A stretch of DNA of 28,344 bases, from the IMG/VR virus record IMGVR_UViG_3300032053_000395, positions 1 through 28,344 of that record; one strand, 5' to 3'. Shown here one piece after another: positions 1 through 10,100 of this stretch. The stretch's first letter is position 1, and each line of letters starts with the position of its first letter. The stretch is from a virus (lineage: Duplodnaviria; Caudoviricetes). The notes under the pieces are model-generated. The model had not been told where the DNA came from and did no database searches. It saw only the letters and a program-made list of their open reading frames with translations. Both the position numbers and the translations under genes were made by a program.

Positions 1-60
1 GTTCCCATAAAAAATGTAATTTAGTTTATTAAAAAAAGTTTATTAATCAAAATATACATA

Positions 61-87
61 AAAAAAGTCTGATTACAAAACCAGACT
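61..87 (-). terminator. Rho-independent terminator at the end of the minus-strand structural operon
   Basis: The minus strand reads AGTCTGGTT-TTGT-AATCAGACT (9-bp stem with one G-U pair) followed by a T run, about 30 nt after the stop of 116..817. A T-rich run also follows on the plus strand, so it may be bidirectional. Confidence 0.75.
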
Positions 88-115
88 CTCTTTTTTTTCA
101 AAATATTTTTAAATA

Positions 116-817
116 TTAAAACATATAATCGTTTTCTTCGGCTTTTGGATTAAATGATTTCATTATTTGATATTTTCCATAATTTTCAACATCGTTCTTG
201 GTCAGCACATACTCATTTTTTCCTGATGCCTTCATTTCCTGTTGTTTTCCACTAAAAAACTCCGCGGGATTTTGATTAAATGGATATGAATCTAAAGATC
301 TCATTTCAAGTTTTTCCATGGGCGTTTTTGGCTTTATTTCTTGAATTTGTGCCCCTAACTGGTCGATTTTAGCCAAAACATTATCCATTTCTCCTAATTT
401 AGCTTCCAGTTCTCCTAATTTATTAAAAACAGCGTCCATTTGTTGTGTTACTGCTCCGGTTTTATCCTGACCTTGAGTATCATCGAGTTGTTTCTTAATG
501 CTCTTAGTCATATTAACCAAATCAGTAATATCTAATTCTTCAGTCGTATCATCCTCACCTGATTCTTCAGCAGATGCTTCGGGAGTCTCAGTATTACCGG
601 TCGGCGGCATAAATTCTTCGGCGCCTTCTGGCGGCATCTCCATTGAGGCATCTCCACCAGGTGGCGGTGGTAATGGAGCATTTGCGCCCGCACCTGCGGG
701 CGGCGCCCCAGCAGGCGGAGCAGGAAGTGGTGGTTCTTGTTCAATTATTAGTTTCTCTGCATATTTGTTTATCGCATTGAAACGCTTTAATTCCTCATTT
801 ATGTTTTTCATTTCCAT
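116..817 (-). CDS. Hypothetical phage protein, Pro-rich/acidic with coiled coil; possibly virion-associated
   Basis: 233-aa ORF in tandem with upstream genes. It has a Pro/Ala/Gly tract (PPLPAPPAGAPPAG...), an acidic linker and a heptad-like helix (LGELEAKLGEMDNVLAKIDQL). Function not recognised. Confidence 0.75.
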   Translation of the reverse strand: MEMKNINEELKRFNAINKYAEKLIIEQEPPLPAPPAGAPPAGAGANAPLPPPPGGDASMEMPPEGAEEFMPPTGNTETPEASAEESGEDDTTEELDITDLVNMTKSIKKQLDDTQGQDKTGAVTQQMDAVFNKLGELEAKLGEMDNVLAKIDQLGAQIQEIKPKTPMEKLEMRSLDSYPFNQNPAEFFSGKQQEMKASGKNEYVLTKNDVENYGKYQIMKSFNPKAEENDYMF

Positions 818-829
818 ATTTTTATTTTA

Positions 830-1030
830 TTAGTCTTGTAATAATTGTCTACCGTCTTCAGTAATATATCTTTTATTAATTCTTTCAACTATGCCGTCTC
901 TAGATCTAATGATATAGCACTCACCAGTTGTTAAATCACAAACCTCTTCCTCTTTTCCATCAGGTGAAATCGTCTTGGTTATTGTTCCCTTGTCCAAGAA
1001 ATCATCTAATGTCTTGTCTATGTTATCCAT
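830..1030 (-). CDS. Small hypothetical phage protein
   Basis: 66-aa ORF that fills the gap between neighbours, with an A-rich leader and TATTTAT 14 nt upstream. Contains a CDLTTGEC cysteine pair. Confidence 0.7.
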   Translation of the reverse strand: MDNIDKTLDDFLDKGTITKTISPDGKEEEVCDLTTGECYIIRSRDGIVERINKRYITEDGRQLLQD

Positions 1031-1071
1031 CTTTATATTTTTATATAAATATCTAACATTTTATTAAACTA

Positions 1072-4000
1072 TTATGTTAATTTAAAAAACACAATCTCGC
1101 CATCCGATAACTTTAACTTTCTCATTAATGACTTCGACATTCCAATACCATATCCATCAATTTCTGGGCCTATGCTAACCGGACCCTGATATGCTTTAAA
1201 ATAATGATTAACAACTGTTGTTACGCGCAAATAATTGCCATTATTAGGATTTAAAAATTCGGTTGTTGTATATTTGTCTGTAAAAATATTAGCATTTCCG
1301 TCTGGTAATCTATTCGCGTTAAACTTGGTTTCATAAAAATCGCTAGTCAATTCTAATTTCTTAATGTCGCCCCATTTTATATCTGGAGCTAACCTTGTTC
1401 TTGATATAATACCCATAGTACGATTATCTGGTATTGGATATTTACTAGTTCCCATTTCAATAACTTTTGCTCTCAGCCATTCTATTCCTTTATATTTTAC
1501 TTTTTCAATGTTTGGCTCGTTATCAAATCCATTATATGATATACAATATGGTTCTGAAGATTGTTTATTTATTTTTTCTTCAGTCTGAAATCTTTTACCG
1601 CCGGTATCTGTGGAATACGATCCGGAATTAGTTACAACTGTTTGTTCAGTAGTTGGAGTCTGAGCTGCTTTATTTTCTTCTTTAACTTTATGAATTGCGT
1701 CCTTTACAACCTTATCAAATAATGGTCGATACGCCTTTATAAATGTATCGCTAAGAATAGGCAGAGCCCTCTGAGGAATCCTTGATCCCTTAAATGACGT
1801 TTCGATGCCTGTTGATTTGATATCGTGTGTTACTTCGGTGATCCAATATGATCCTTTAAATAGTGGAACATTTTTTAAATAAAAATACATTGTTGGTTGT
1901 ATCATTACATTACCCATACAAGTTACTCCGCACTGATACGATGCTTGTCTATATATGTTCCATAATCCAATATCAACCTGGGCAACGCTATCGCCGCCTT
2001 CACTTTTTCCCAAATTTTCCAAGACAATGAAAGATTCTGCCGTATTTCTTATTGTCGATTGGTCCAATTCAACCGTTTTAAAAATTGATTGGTTCTGATC
2101 TCCAAAACTTACCTCAAATGCTACTACTTTATTTGACTTTGTGAAATCTGTCGACGCAAAAATATTAGGGGAAACAATAACAGGATTATTGTTTACGTCG
2201 CCAATATCAAATCCATCATCATTAAATAGATATTTCTTTTTACTAATATCTTTCATGTCTGGATGTTGAGAACTCGGTCCAACATATTGTAATATAATTT
2301 TCGGCGATGATTCCTGATAATCAACATCTAGAAAGGATCCAAACATATTTCTTGCTACATCTTTAGATGGAATAATTTTTGACGCATTGGAAACATTGGT
2401 TCCGTAAAAATTAACGTATGCGGGCAATGCTCTGATATCGAATCCGCTATCTTGAACCAGTAAAGAAATCGCACCATATAAAGTAATATTAGCATTTTCT
2501 TTCAGTCCGAGTCTTAACAGCTTATCCAAACTAAGATATACTTCATCACCAATATCCCTATTTGCCCTATCTAGGAATAAAAATTCTTCTATTAATGATC
2601 TTTGCCCGATAGAATTTCCAGCTGTCCATTTATCGTTAAATGATTTAAAATAATTATATAATTCTAATTTAACCGTTGGATCGTCATTCCATCCTCGATA
2701 TATGCCAGATACTTGTTGTGTTTCTATCTCTGCTTTGAGATCGTTTCGTATCTTGTGCGTTATATGATTAATAAATTCTATTAGCCTATTTTCCGGAGAT
2801 TTTACCTTAGACCCTTCATTCGTCGATGGATTTATAATTGTACTTTTCAAATAATTGACAAAATCAGACTTTGTTGGATTATCTCCTTTATATCTTTGTC
2901 CTGCATACATATATATTAATGGCCTAAATTGTTTTATGTTTTCTTCATTTAATGCAACATCATTTACGGAAAAGAAATCACGATAATATCCATCCATATC
3001 CTCCCCCAAATATAATTCAATATTACCAATATTTTCTATAAGTTGATCGGGATTGTAAGGATCAATTGAAAAATGCTCAACATCTGTCTTTGTAAATCCT
3101 CCAAATACATAATCATTGGTTTCTCTTGGATTTGACATCGTCAATCTTATCATATTATCATTAGACTGTAACGTTGTACTGATGTTCATCAATTCCGCCC
3201 CTTGTTTATCTCTTATCATATTAAAAAATTCAATTGATCCAAAATCATTCGTTGGTTCGCTATCGTCTTTTTTTACCGAAACAATAGCCATTAAAAAATC
3301 CTGAAACTTAGTATAGGCGGCTTCGTATGGCTTATATGTTTTAGATTCGTTTAGTCTTTCAGATGAAAAATCTAAAAACGCCAACTCAAACGCTTCCAAT
3401 ATTTCAGGCTTAAATGCCGCAACCAAATCAATAACCTTTTTATAATTTGTTGATAATGAAAATTCATTTGTCGTTGTTTTTAAATATTCTTTATATGTCG
3501 GGAAGGTGTATTCTGTATAATCAACATTATCAATATAATTTGTTCCTATTCCCCAAAGAATTCTGAAGTTTTCTTGTTCTGACAGAGTAAAATCATTTCC
3601 GTAAGACATACTATTTCCGTTAGTTGGCAATAAAACATATCTTTGATCATTTATGTCAAATTTTGATTGATCTATTAAACTTGTCCATGTATTTAATCCA
3701 TAGGCCAATCCGTTACGTAGTCTAACCAATCCGCTCGACAGCGATTCCGAATAACTATCTACTTGTGAATCGATATTTAAAAATCCGTAACCATTAGCAA
3801 TTTGATGAAAAATTGTTTCATAATATGGATGAAATCCAATATCAGATTGATCCAATCTATTTACTGTTTTTATGGTTCCTGGGTGAATCCAATCTGGTAT
3901 AGTAATAAAAGTTAATCCTTTATTATTATCAAAAAATAATGACCCATCGATGTGTTCTGTGACACCTTCTATAATATCGATACCCTCATTTATATATTTT

Positions 4001-6774
4001 TTATATCGATGATATATTGATCCCCATTTTATCATCAAATGATATGGGATATAGTGTGTCGCCCCAATTTCTCTGAAAATGGTTGATATTAATGTATTAG
4101 ATCCTGCTGATGTGATTACATCGTCTAAATCTTTATATGGTAGTGAATTTAAAAGTAGATAAGACGATCCCACATATTTTTCAAGCGATTGTGTTTTAAT
4201 AAAATCATTGTATAACTGTTTATGAAAATATGGAGTATTTAACATGTGTTTATCAATACCATTTATTTTAATTGTGTTCGTAAACATATTTGATGTAAAT
4301 CCGTCTTTGGTCCACATTTTGGGATCTAAGGGGGAAGATATAAAGTCATTTGGCGGATTAACTTTTAACATACCGTTTAACTGTGAGTTATTTGCGGCGG
4401 CGCTTGTTGAACTTAATGAAGAGAGGTATGTTGATGTGTTGAATGGATATATTTCTTTCCTATATTCTTCAGGCTTATATTCTTTCAAAAATTTTGATAA
4501 TTTTAAATAATCATTAACGCTACCTGTTGTGCTTGTTAGTTGTTTATATTTTGAAATACTAAAGTCGTGTTCGAGTCCGTCCGCTATATAATCTGTTGTT
4601 GGTATCTGGTCCAAATAATATGGATATTTTGTCATAATTGATTCCATGTGCGATATTAATTCCGAATATGAGGTTGCGTTTCTTTTCAGTGAATCGACAA
4701 CATCAATATCGCTGGCAACCTGATTTTTTAAATTTGAGTATTCAATTTCGGCTAGCTCTCGTATTGAATCAGTATCAAAAGGACTTAACGATGTTGTATA
4801 TTTTGATCTTTCATATATTTCATACAAAATTGATGACATTGATTTATCTGTATATGGTATATAATTCATCATATTCGTCAATACGCTTATGTCTTTCTTG
4901 GTATCATTGACCGAATCCCCAAAAACATATTGAAAATTATCAACACTACCTTCTTTTGATTCCAAATTATCTTTAATCTTTAAGGCAATTGCGTAAAAAT
5001 TTTCAACAAAATCAACTTCTGGCCATAAAACTTTATCATTGGATCTTAGCTTCTTCTCCATTTCCCTACTACCTGGATATACTAAAACAATTTCTTTCCC
5101 TTTTTGCGTTGTTTCTTTAACTTCTGGCCACGGAAAAATCATATTTCCACCGTCTCTTAATATTCCTGATGTTTTTACAATGTTTTCTTCAAATATCCTT
5201 TTTCTTTCGGCTGCCTGTTCAAACGCTTTCTCGTGTACATCTTTCATTAATCTAATATATGTTTCAGCATTGGCAAGAAGTATGGCTATAATGTTTCTAA
5301 CAGAAGGTTTAAATCCTATACCAATATCAAGATCGTTTTCAATCGTTTCGTTCATTATTTTTTCAACCTCCACTTCGACCTTATTCCTCTGCTCATTATA
5401 GTTTCTGGCAATAACATCTATTTGATCCAGTAATTTTTCGATATTGATCACGTTTACAACTCCCGAAATCTCTGTAATTGTTCTATAATATGAATTTATG
5501 TTTTTTAATTCTGCACATGATATGGTATTAGTAACAATTTTATCGTCTTTCTTTGGCGCGTTGGAACCGAAAGCCTCATTACTTTCCATTTTTGTTACCG
5601 ACTTATTTATTATATTTTCAAGTTGTGATATTGGTACTGTGCTACTTTTGTCACTTTGAGTTATTACTGACCATTTCGTTGATCCTGCTTCCTCTGGCAG
5701 TGTTATTACCGAACCCGATACATATTTATTGGCCCATAATTGAACATTTTTTTTGAGAACAGTAATAGTATCTTCATAATCTTTAATCGCCGATAGTGTG
5801 TGATGACTAATAAACTTTGAAAAAATTTTTTGTTCTAGTATTTTACTTAATCTACCCGCAAGGACAATAATCTCTCTAAGAGTTCTTACAGGAAAATTTT
5901 TTGTTAAATATCCTTTATTAATATATTCTTGATATACTGATCTTAAAACTCTATATCCTTTTGTCGTCTTAAAAAGTGTTTTCTCGCGTTGCCCGGTTTT
6001 TTCGTTGTATTTCGCGTCTTCGACAGATTCGGATAAATAAAAATACGGAGCATTTAATACCGATTCTATTGATATGTCGGCCAGATATGCATAAGTTGAT
6101 CCAACAAAATTACAAGAAATTTCAAAATTACCATTGCCAGAATTATATTTTGAGTTAAATTTAATCATATGCAACCTATATCTTATCGCTTTTCCATAAT
6201 ATCCTTTAACTGTTAAATAAAATATTGGCCACGGTATATGAAAAAACGCGGCGTATGGCGAATTTGCCGGCGACTCAAATAATGTTTTCCCTCTAACATC
6301 AATAAACTTTATATCTACTCTAGGTATGAAGTTTGCCCCCATAACTTTTATTGATATGTTTTCTATTCCAAAGCTTTGTGATGATGCGTCATTTTGAGTA
6401 AACTTATCCACAATTGGAATATTTACAGCTCCCATACCGAATCCAACCGTCTGAAATCCTGTGCCAGTTGGGTTTTTACCTATGAAACTATCTGTCCATT
6501 GCGTATCATAGTCCGCGCCATTCGAATTTTTCATAAAATTCAAAGTGCCTTCGGCTACAGACACCAACGTACTTTTGGCTCCGTCAGCAATCAATGTTGA
6601 TCTCGGAATCAAGTCGGCCTCTAGATTAACATACATAACTAAATTTTCTGGTTCGACCGCTCTTGGTTCAACAGCGCCGTCAACTAATACACTGTTAGGA
6701 TCAATGTATATAAGATTATTATGATCGACTTTGACCAAAATGTCATTTGTCGTTTTTAAATTATTATTCCCCAT
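1072..6774 (-). CDS. Giant baseplate hub-like protein (gp27/VgrG/late-control-D-like segment) with a C-terminal double-psi beta-barrel-like domain
   Basis: 1900-aa ORF downstream of the tape measure and wedge genes. The segment at ~1780-1944 (CMGNVMIQPTMYFYLKNVPLFKGSYWITEVTHDI...ETSFKGSR) resembles the C-terminal motif of contractile-system hub proteins. Assignment by motif memory and synteny. Confidence 0.6.
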   Translation of the reverse strand: MGNNNLKTTNDILVKVDHNNLIYIDPNSVLVDGAVEPRAVEPENLVMYVNLEADLIPRSTLIADGAKSTLVSVAEGTLNFMKNSNGADYDTQWTDSFIGKNPTGTGFQTVGFGMGAVNIPIVDKFTQNDASSQSFGIENISIKVMGANFIPRVDIKFIDVRGKTLFESPANSPYAAFFHIPWPIFYLTVKGYYGKAIRYRLHMIKFNSKYNSGNGNFEISCNFVGSTYAYLADISIESVLNAPYFYLSESVEDAKYNEKTGQREKTLFKTTKGYRVLRSVYQEYINKGYLTKNFPVRTLREIIVLAGRLSKILEQKIFSKFISHHTLSAIKDYEDTITVLKKNVQLWANKYVSGSVITLPEEAGSTKWSVITQSDKSSTVPISQLENIINKSVTKMESNEAFGSNAPKKDDKIVTNTISCAELKNINSYYRTITEISGVVNVINIEKLLDQIDVIARNYNEQRNKVEVEVEKIMNETIENDLDIGIGFKPSVRNIIAILLANAETYIRLMKDVHEKAFEQAAERKRIFEENIVKTSGILRDGGNMIFPWPEVKETTQKGKEIVLVYPGSREMEKKLRSNDKVLWPEVDFVENFYAIALKIKDNLESKEGSVDNFQYVFGDSVNDTKKDISVLTNMMNYIPYTDKSMSSILYEIYERSKYTTSLSPFDTDSIRELAEIEYSNLKNQVASDIDVVDSLKRNATSYSELISHMESIMTKYPYYLDQIPTTDYIADGLEHDFSISKYKQLTSTTGSVNDYLKLSKFLKEYKPEEYRKEIYPFNTSTYLSSLSSTSAAANNSQLNGMLKVNPPNDFISSPLDPKMWTKDGFTSNMFTNTIKINGIDKHMLNTPYFHKQLYNDFIKTQSLEKYVGSSYLLLNSLPYKDLDDVITSAGSNTLISTIFREIGATHYIPYHLMIKWGSIYHRYKKYINEGIDIIEGVTEHIDGSLFFDNNKGLTFITIPDWIHPGTIKTVNRLDQSDIGFHPYYETIFHQIANGYGFLNIDSQVDSYSESLSSGLVRLRNGLAYGLNTWTSLIDQSKFDINDQRYVLLPTNGNSMSYGNDFTLSEQENFRILWGIGTNYIDNVDYTEYTFPTYKEYLKTTTNEFSLSTNYKKVIDLVAAFKPEILEAFELAFLDFSSERLNESKTYKPYEAAYTKFQDFLMAIVSVKKDDSEPTNDFGSIEFFNMIRDKQGAELMNISTTLQSNDNMIRLTMSNPRETNDYVFGGFTKTDVEHFSIDPYNPDQLIENIGNIELYLGEDMDGYYRDFFSVNDVALNEENIKQFRPLIYMYAGQRYKGDNPTKSDFVNYLKSTIINPSTNEGSKVKSPENRLIEFINHITHKIRNDLKAEIETQQVSGIYRGWNDDPTVKLELYNYFKSFNDKWTAGNSIGQRSLIEEFLFLDRANRDIGDEVYLSLDKLLRLGLKENANITLYGAISLLVQDSGFDIRALPAYVNFYGTNVSNASKIIPSKDVARNMFGSFLDVDYQESSPKIILQYVGPSSQHPDMKDISKKKYLFNDDGFDIGDVNNNPVIVSPNIFASTDFTKSNKVVAFEVSFGDQNQSIFKTVELDQSTIRNTAESFIVLENLGKSEGGDSVAQVDIGLWNIYRQASYQCGVTCMGNVMIQPTMYFYLKNVPLFKGSYWITEVTHDIKSTGIETSFKGSRIPQRALPILSDTFIKAYRPLFDKVVKDAIHKVKEENKAAQTPTTEQTVVTNSGSYSTDTGGKRFQTEEKINKQSSEPYCISYNGFDNEPNIEKVKYKGIEWLRAKVIEMGTSKYPIPDNRTMGIISRTRLAPDIKWGDIKKLELTSDFYETKFNANRLPDGNANIFTDKYTTTEFLNPNNGNYLRVTTVVNHYFKAYQGPVSIGPEIDGYGIGMSKSLMRKLKLSDGEIVFFKLT

Positions 6775-7087
6775 AATATAGTTTATACAATTCTATGTTT
6801 TTTTTATAATCTTGTAAAGTCGGAATAAGAGGAAACGGTATTCTAAGTAAAAAATTATTAGGAATTGCAAATTCAATACCGCCAACAATTGGATTTGCCT
6901 GTAATATTATCCACCCAAATAAAGGAGAATTATAATATTCCTGTGATAATTTATCCAATCTATCTTTATTACGTCTAAATTGAATATATCTATCAGTTGA
7001 TTTAATTGGTATTTCAATTCCTGGAACAATTTTAAACTCTCCATCATTTATAAAATACTGATATCTATCAAAATATTGATCGTTCAT
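6764..7087 (-). CDS. Baseplate wedge protein, gp53/LysM-like
   Basis: 107 aa. DRLDKLSQEYYNSPLFGWIILQANP...LRIP matches the LysM-like pattern of T4 gp53/P2 gpX-type wedge proteins. Overlaps the start of the next gene (likely translational coupling). Confidence 0.7.
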   Translation of the reverse strand: MNDQYFDRYQYFINDGEFKIVPGIEIPIKSTDRYIQFRRNKDRLDKLSQEYYNSPLFGWIILQANPIVGGIEFAIPNNFLLRIPFPLIPTLQDYKKNIELYKLYYGE

Positions 7088-7100
7088 TGCATATATTATT

Positions 7101-10100
7101 TTATCCGCCTGTGCCGGTAGCCAATCTGTAATAATTTAGTACAGATGTTGTTTTATTTCCACTTGTTCTGTGTACGTTTGTTAAATTTTGAATTACTGTT
7201 GGATCAGTAATTATAGATTCTGCCGGGTCTGAACTACCAAATTCAATAGTGTTACTATCTTTTCTTGTTGGGTATTTAGTAATTTTAAAATCTTTATTCT
7301 CTGGTGCCGGCTCAAAAAATTTATTTAATCTTTTCTTAATATTTTTCTGTATATTAGAATTAAAAGGATCTCTTTGATATAAATTCAAAATTTCTTGTTT
7401 TTTATCTCTTAATAAAATTGATAGAAAATAATATAAATCATCGGATGTCATTGTAGAACCATAAAAATTATAGGTTGTATCTAGATCTTCAGTAAATTTA
7501 GATTGATTTGCCTGTATGAATGATATTGCATTACTATAATTTTGATAAAACACACTGCCCGTAAATTCAGAGATATTTGCTCGAGTGTAAACAGTTTTTT
7601 CTATTTTACCGTCATAACCATATTCAATAAGAAAATTTAATTTATCTAGTACCGCAATAAGTTTATTTCTTGCAGATTCAGCGGCCTTTAAATACGATAT
7701 GTTTTTTGGTAAATCATTTATCATGCCCACAACAGTCTCCAATACATATGGTTTTAGAATTTCTTCAGATCTTGTAATTATGGGCGCGGTCATATCGCTG
7801 CCAATTCCTATCAATGTGGTAATATTTTCTGTTTGTATCTTACCCGATATTATATTTCTAAAATTTAATGCAAATGTTTCTAACTCTTTGCGCGTAGGAT
7901 AGTTACCTAATAGTTCAATTGTGGTTGTGCTTGCCCCTATTTGAACATTATAATCTTTTATTGTTCTATATTCTGGATGTAATATTAAACTTCCTAATTT
8001 TGTATCATATGTCTTTAATACGTTATTATATGATGACATAAATGTACTAATATATTGGTTTGTATTAGAAAAGACCTCATCAATTACTGAAGTATAATCT
8101 AATATTCCAAAAACTGGAGTGGTAACCGCTCCCGCTCCAAATCCCATTGTCTGATAGCCAGATATAGCTGGTTTTCCTATATATGGGCCGTCAATAACAT
8201 TATCTGTTGACGATAATAAATCATTTGAATTTGTACCTATTGAGGATAATCTTTGATTTAAATCGTCCAGAAATTCTTTTGTATAAAATTCTTTCCTATC
8301 TTCTGTTGCTGTTGACCTTGGGTCATACATTTCAGTATTAGCATAAAAATTAGAAGACAACGCATTTTGTAATCTTTCTACGGGTCTTTCTAATCCATGA
8401 CCACCAATGAAGCTTATTTGTAAAGTAACATCGGCAATCATGGGCTGAACTCCAATTCCTTCTGGATTTAAATCCCAAATATTCTCATCAAATGTTATAT
8501 TTACGTCCCTAATAACAACTTTGGAGTGATAAAAATCTCCGATTCTCATTACGCATATCGGTGGAGGTCCAAATGTTGTGTTTCTTGCATTTAAATCACG
8601 ATCATCTGATATTCCTTTGATTGGTAATGTGTCCCCTGGTCTAACACATTGATTTAAAAATGTTAACCTTGCGTTCAATCCTTCTGGCGTCATTGAATGA
8701 AATGCCGGATGAAAATATTTTAATTTTTCTTTTAATGATGAAAATTGTAATGGCGAATCTTCCTCAAGTTTTTTAAAATAATAACATTCTGATAATGTTT
8801 TCATTATCATTTTTTTTATTTCATCAATTGGTGGTGCCAATTTGACTCCTGTTGGCGAATCAAGAACTTCAACTGATTGTCGTTGTGCCGCTGTTGCCTG
8901 TGCGGCAGCATCTGCATCCTCTGCTTTTTCTGTTTGGTCGTCAGGATCTTTCAATTCATATACGATTTTACAATTAGCGTTTCTACATAAAAAAGTGGTT
9001 GGAGCAGATTTTTTAAGTTCCTCTGATGTTAAAAAATTAGACCCGTCGGCGCAATCAATATTGACTAAAGAGGTTATATCTGAAAGTACTGTTCGTGTTT
9101 CGCCTTCATTTATTGTTTCAAATATTCTTAAAACTCCATCTGTTGTATATCCCAAATCTTTTAACGCAATTTCCATTTGGGGTTCTACCATACGGGCATC
9201 TGATTTTGATGTGTTTTTATATGTCCACGGTATACTTTCTAGAACGTTCCATGCCATATCTGGATCTTTACATAATCTGAATATAATATCATTTAAAACA
9301 TCACTACTTCTACGATAAGCCAATTCTAGATTAGAATGTTGGTCGTCTGGCGCGCTTGCACTTGAAGAAACTCTAACGCCTATTTGTTTAATTTTATCGC
9401 TCTCCAATAAACTTTTTATTTCTGTCATATTTGTGACATAATCATCAAAATTTTTCACCATATGATTAAATTCATTGTTAAGCGTATCTACCGAACAAGC
9501 GCTTATATCCTCAAACGCAGTATCTGATGGTTTGTTATTCACCTCTGTTATTTGACCTGATAAAAGATAATAGTCATGTATCTGATTATTGCCCCAAACT
9601 GTTGATGCTTTTAAATCTTTTATTCCTTTTTGTAACATTTCAATAATACTGTCTTTTTTACCGAGATATTCATAATAGTGTGAAGTATAATATATATTCG
9701 AATATAATGGGCCCGAAAGACCACTAATTACTCGTTCACCGGCAGTTAACGAAGTGATCCATTTTGGCGAATAAGACCACTGTTGTACAGTTACAGATGG
9801 CTTATCATTTTCAAAAAAGCAATCTACAGTAAATTCTGGCAATGACGGTGTGTTTTTTGGAACTGGCGTATCTGAAACCGGATCAATAAATATTGTTTTA
9901 TTTCTTGTTACAACCTGTGGACTTTTACTTTGATTTAGATACGCCAAAAGCGCCTTAACTTCATCAGGCGTTAATGTTGTGTATTTTCTTACCAAACCAT
10001 AAAAATCAACATCCTGACATCCAGCAAAAAACGCGTTAATATAGTTATCAGCTTCTGCATCCGACATACCTTCAAAATGCTTTTTTACTAGAAGATTTAA

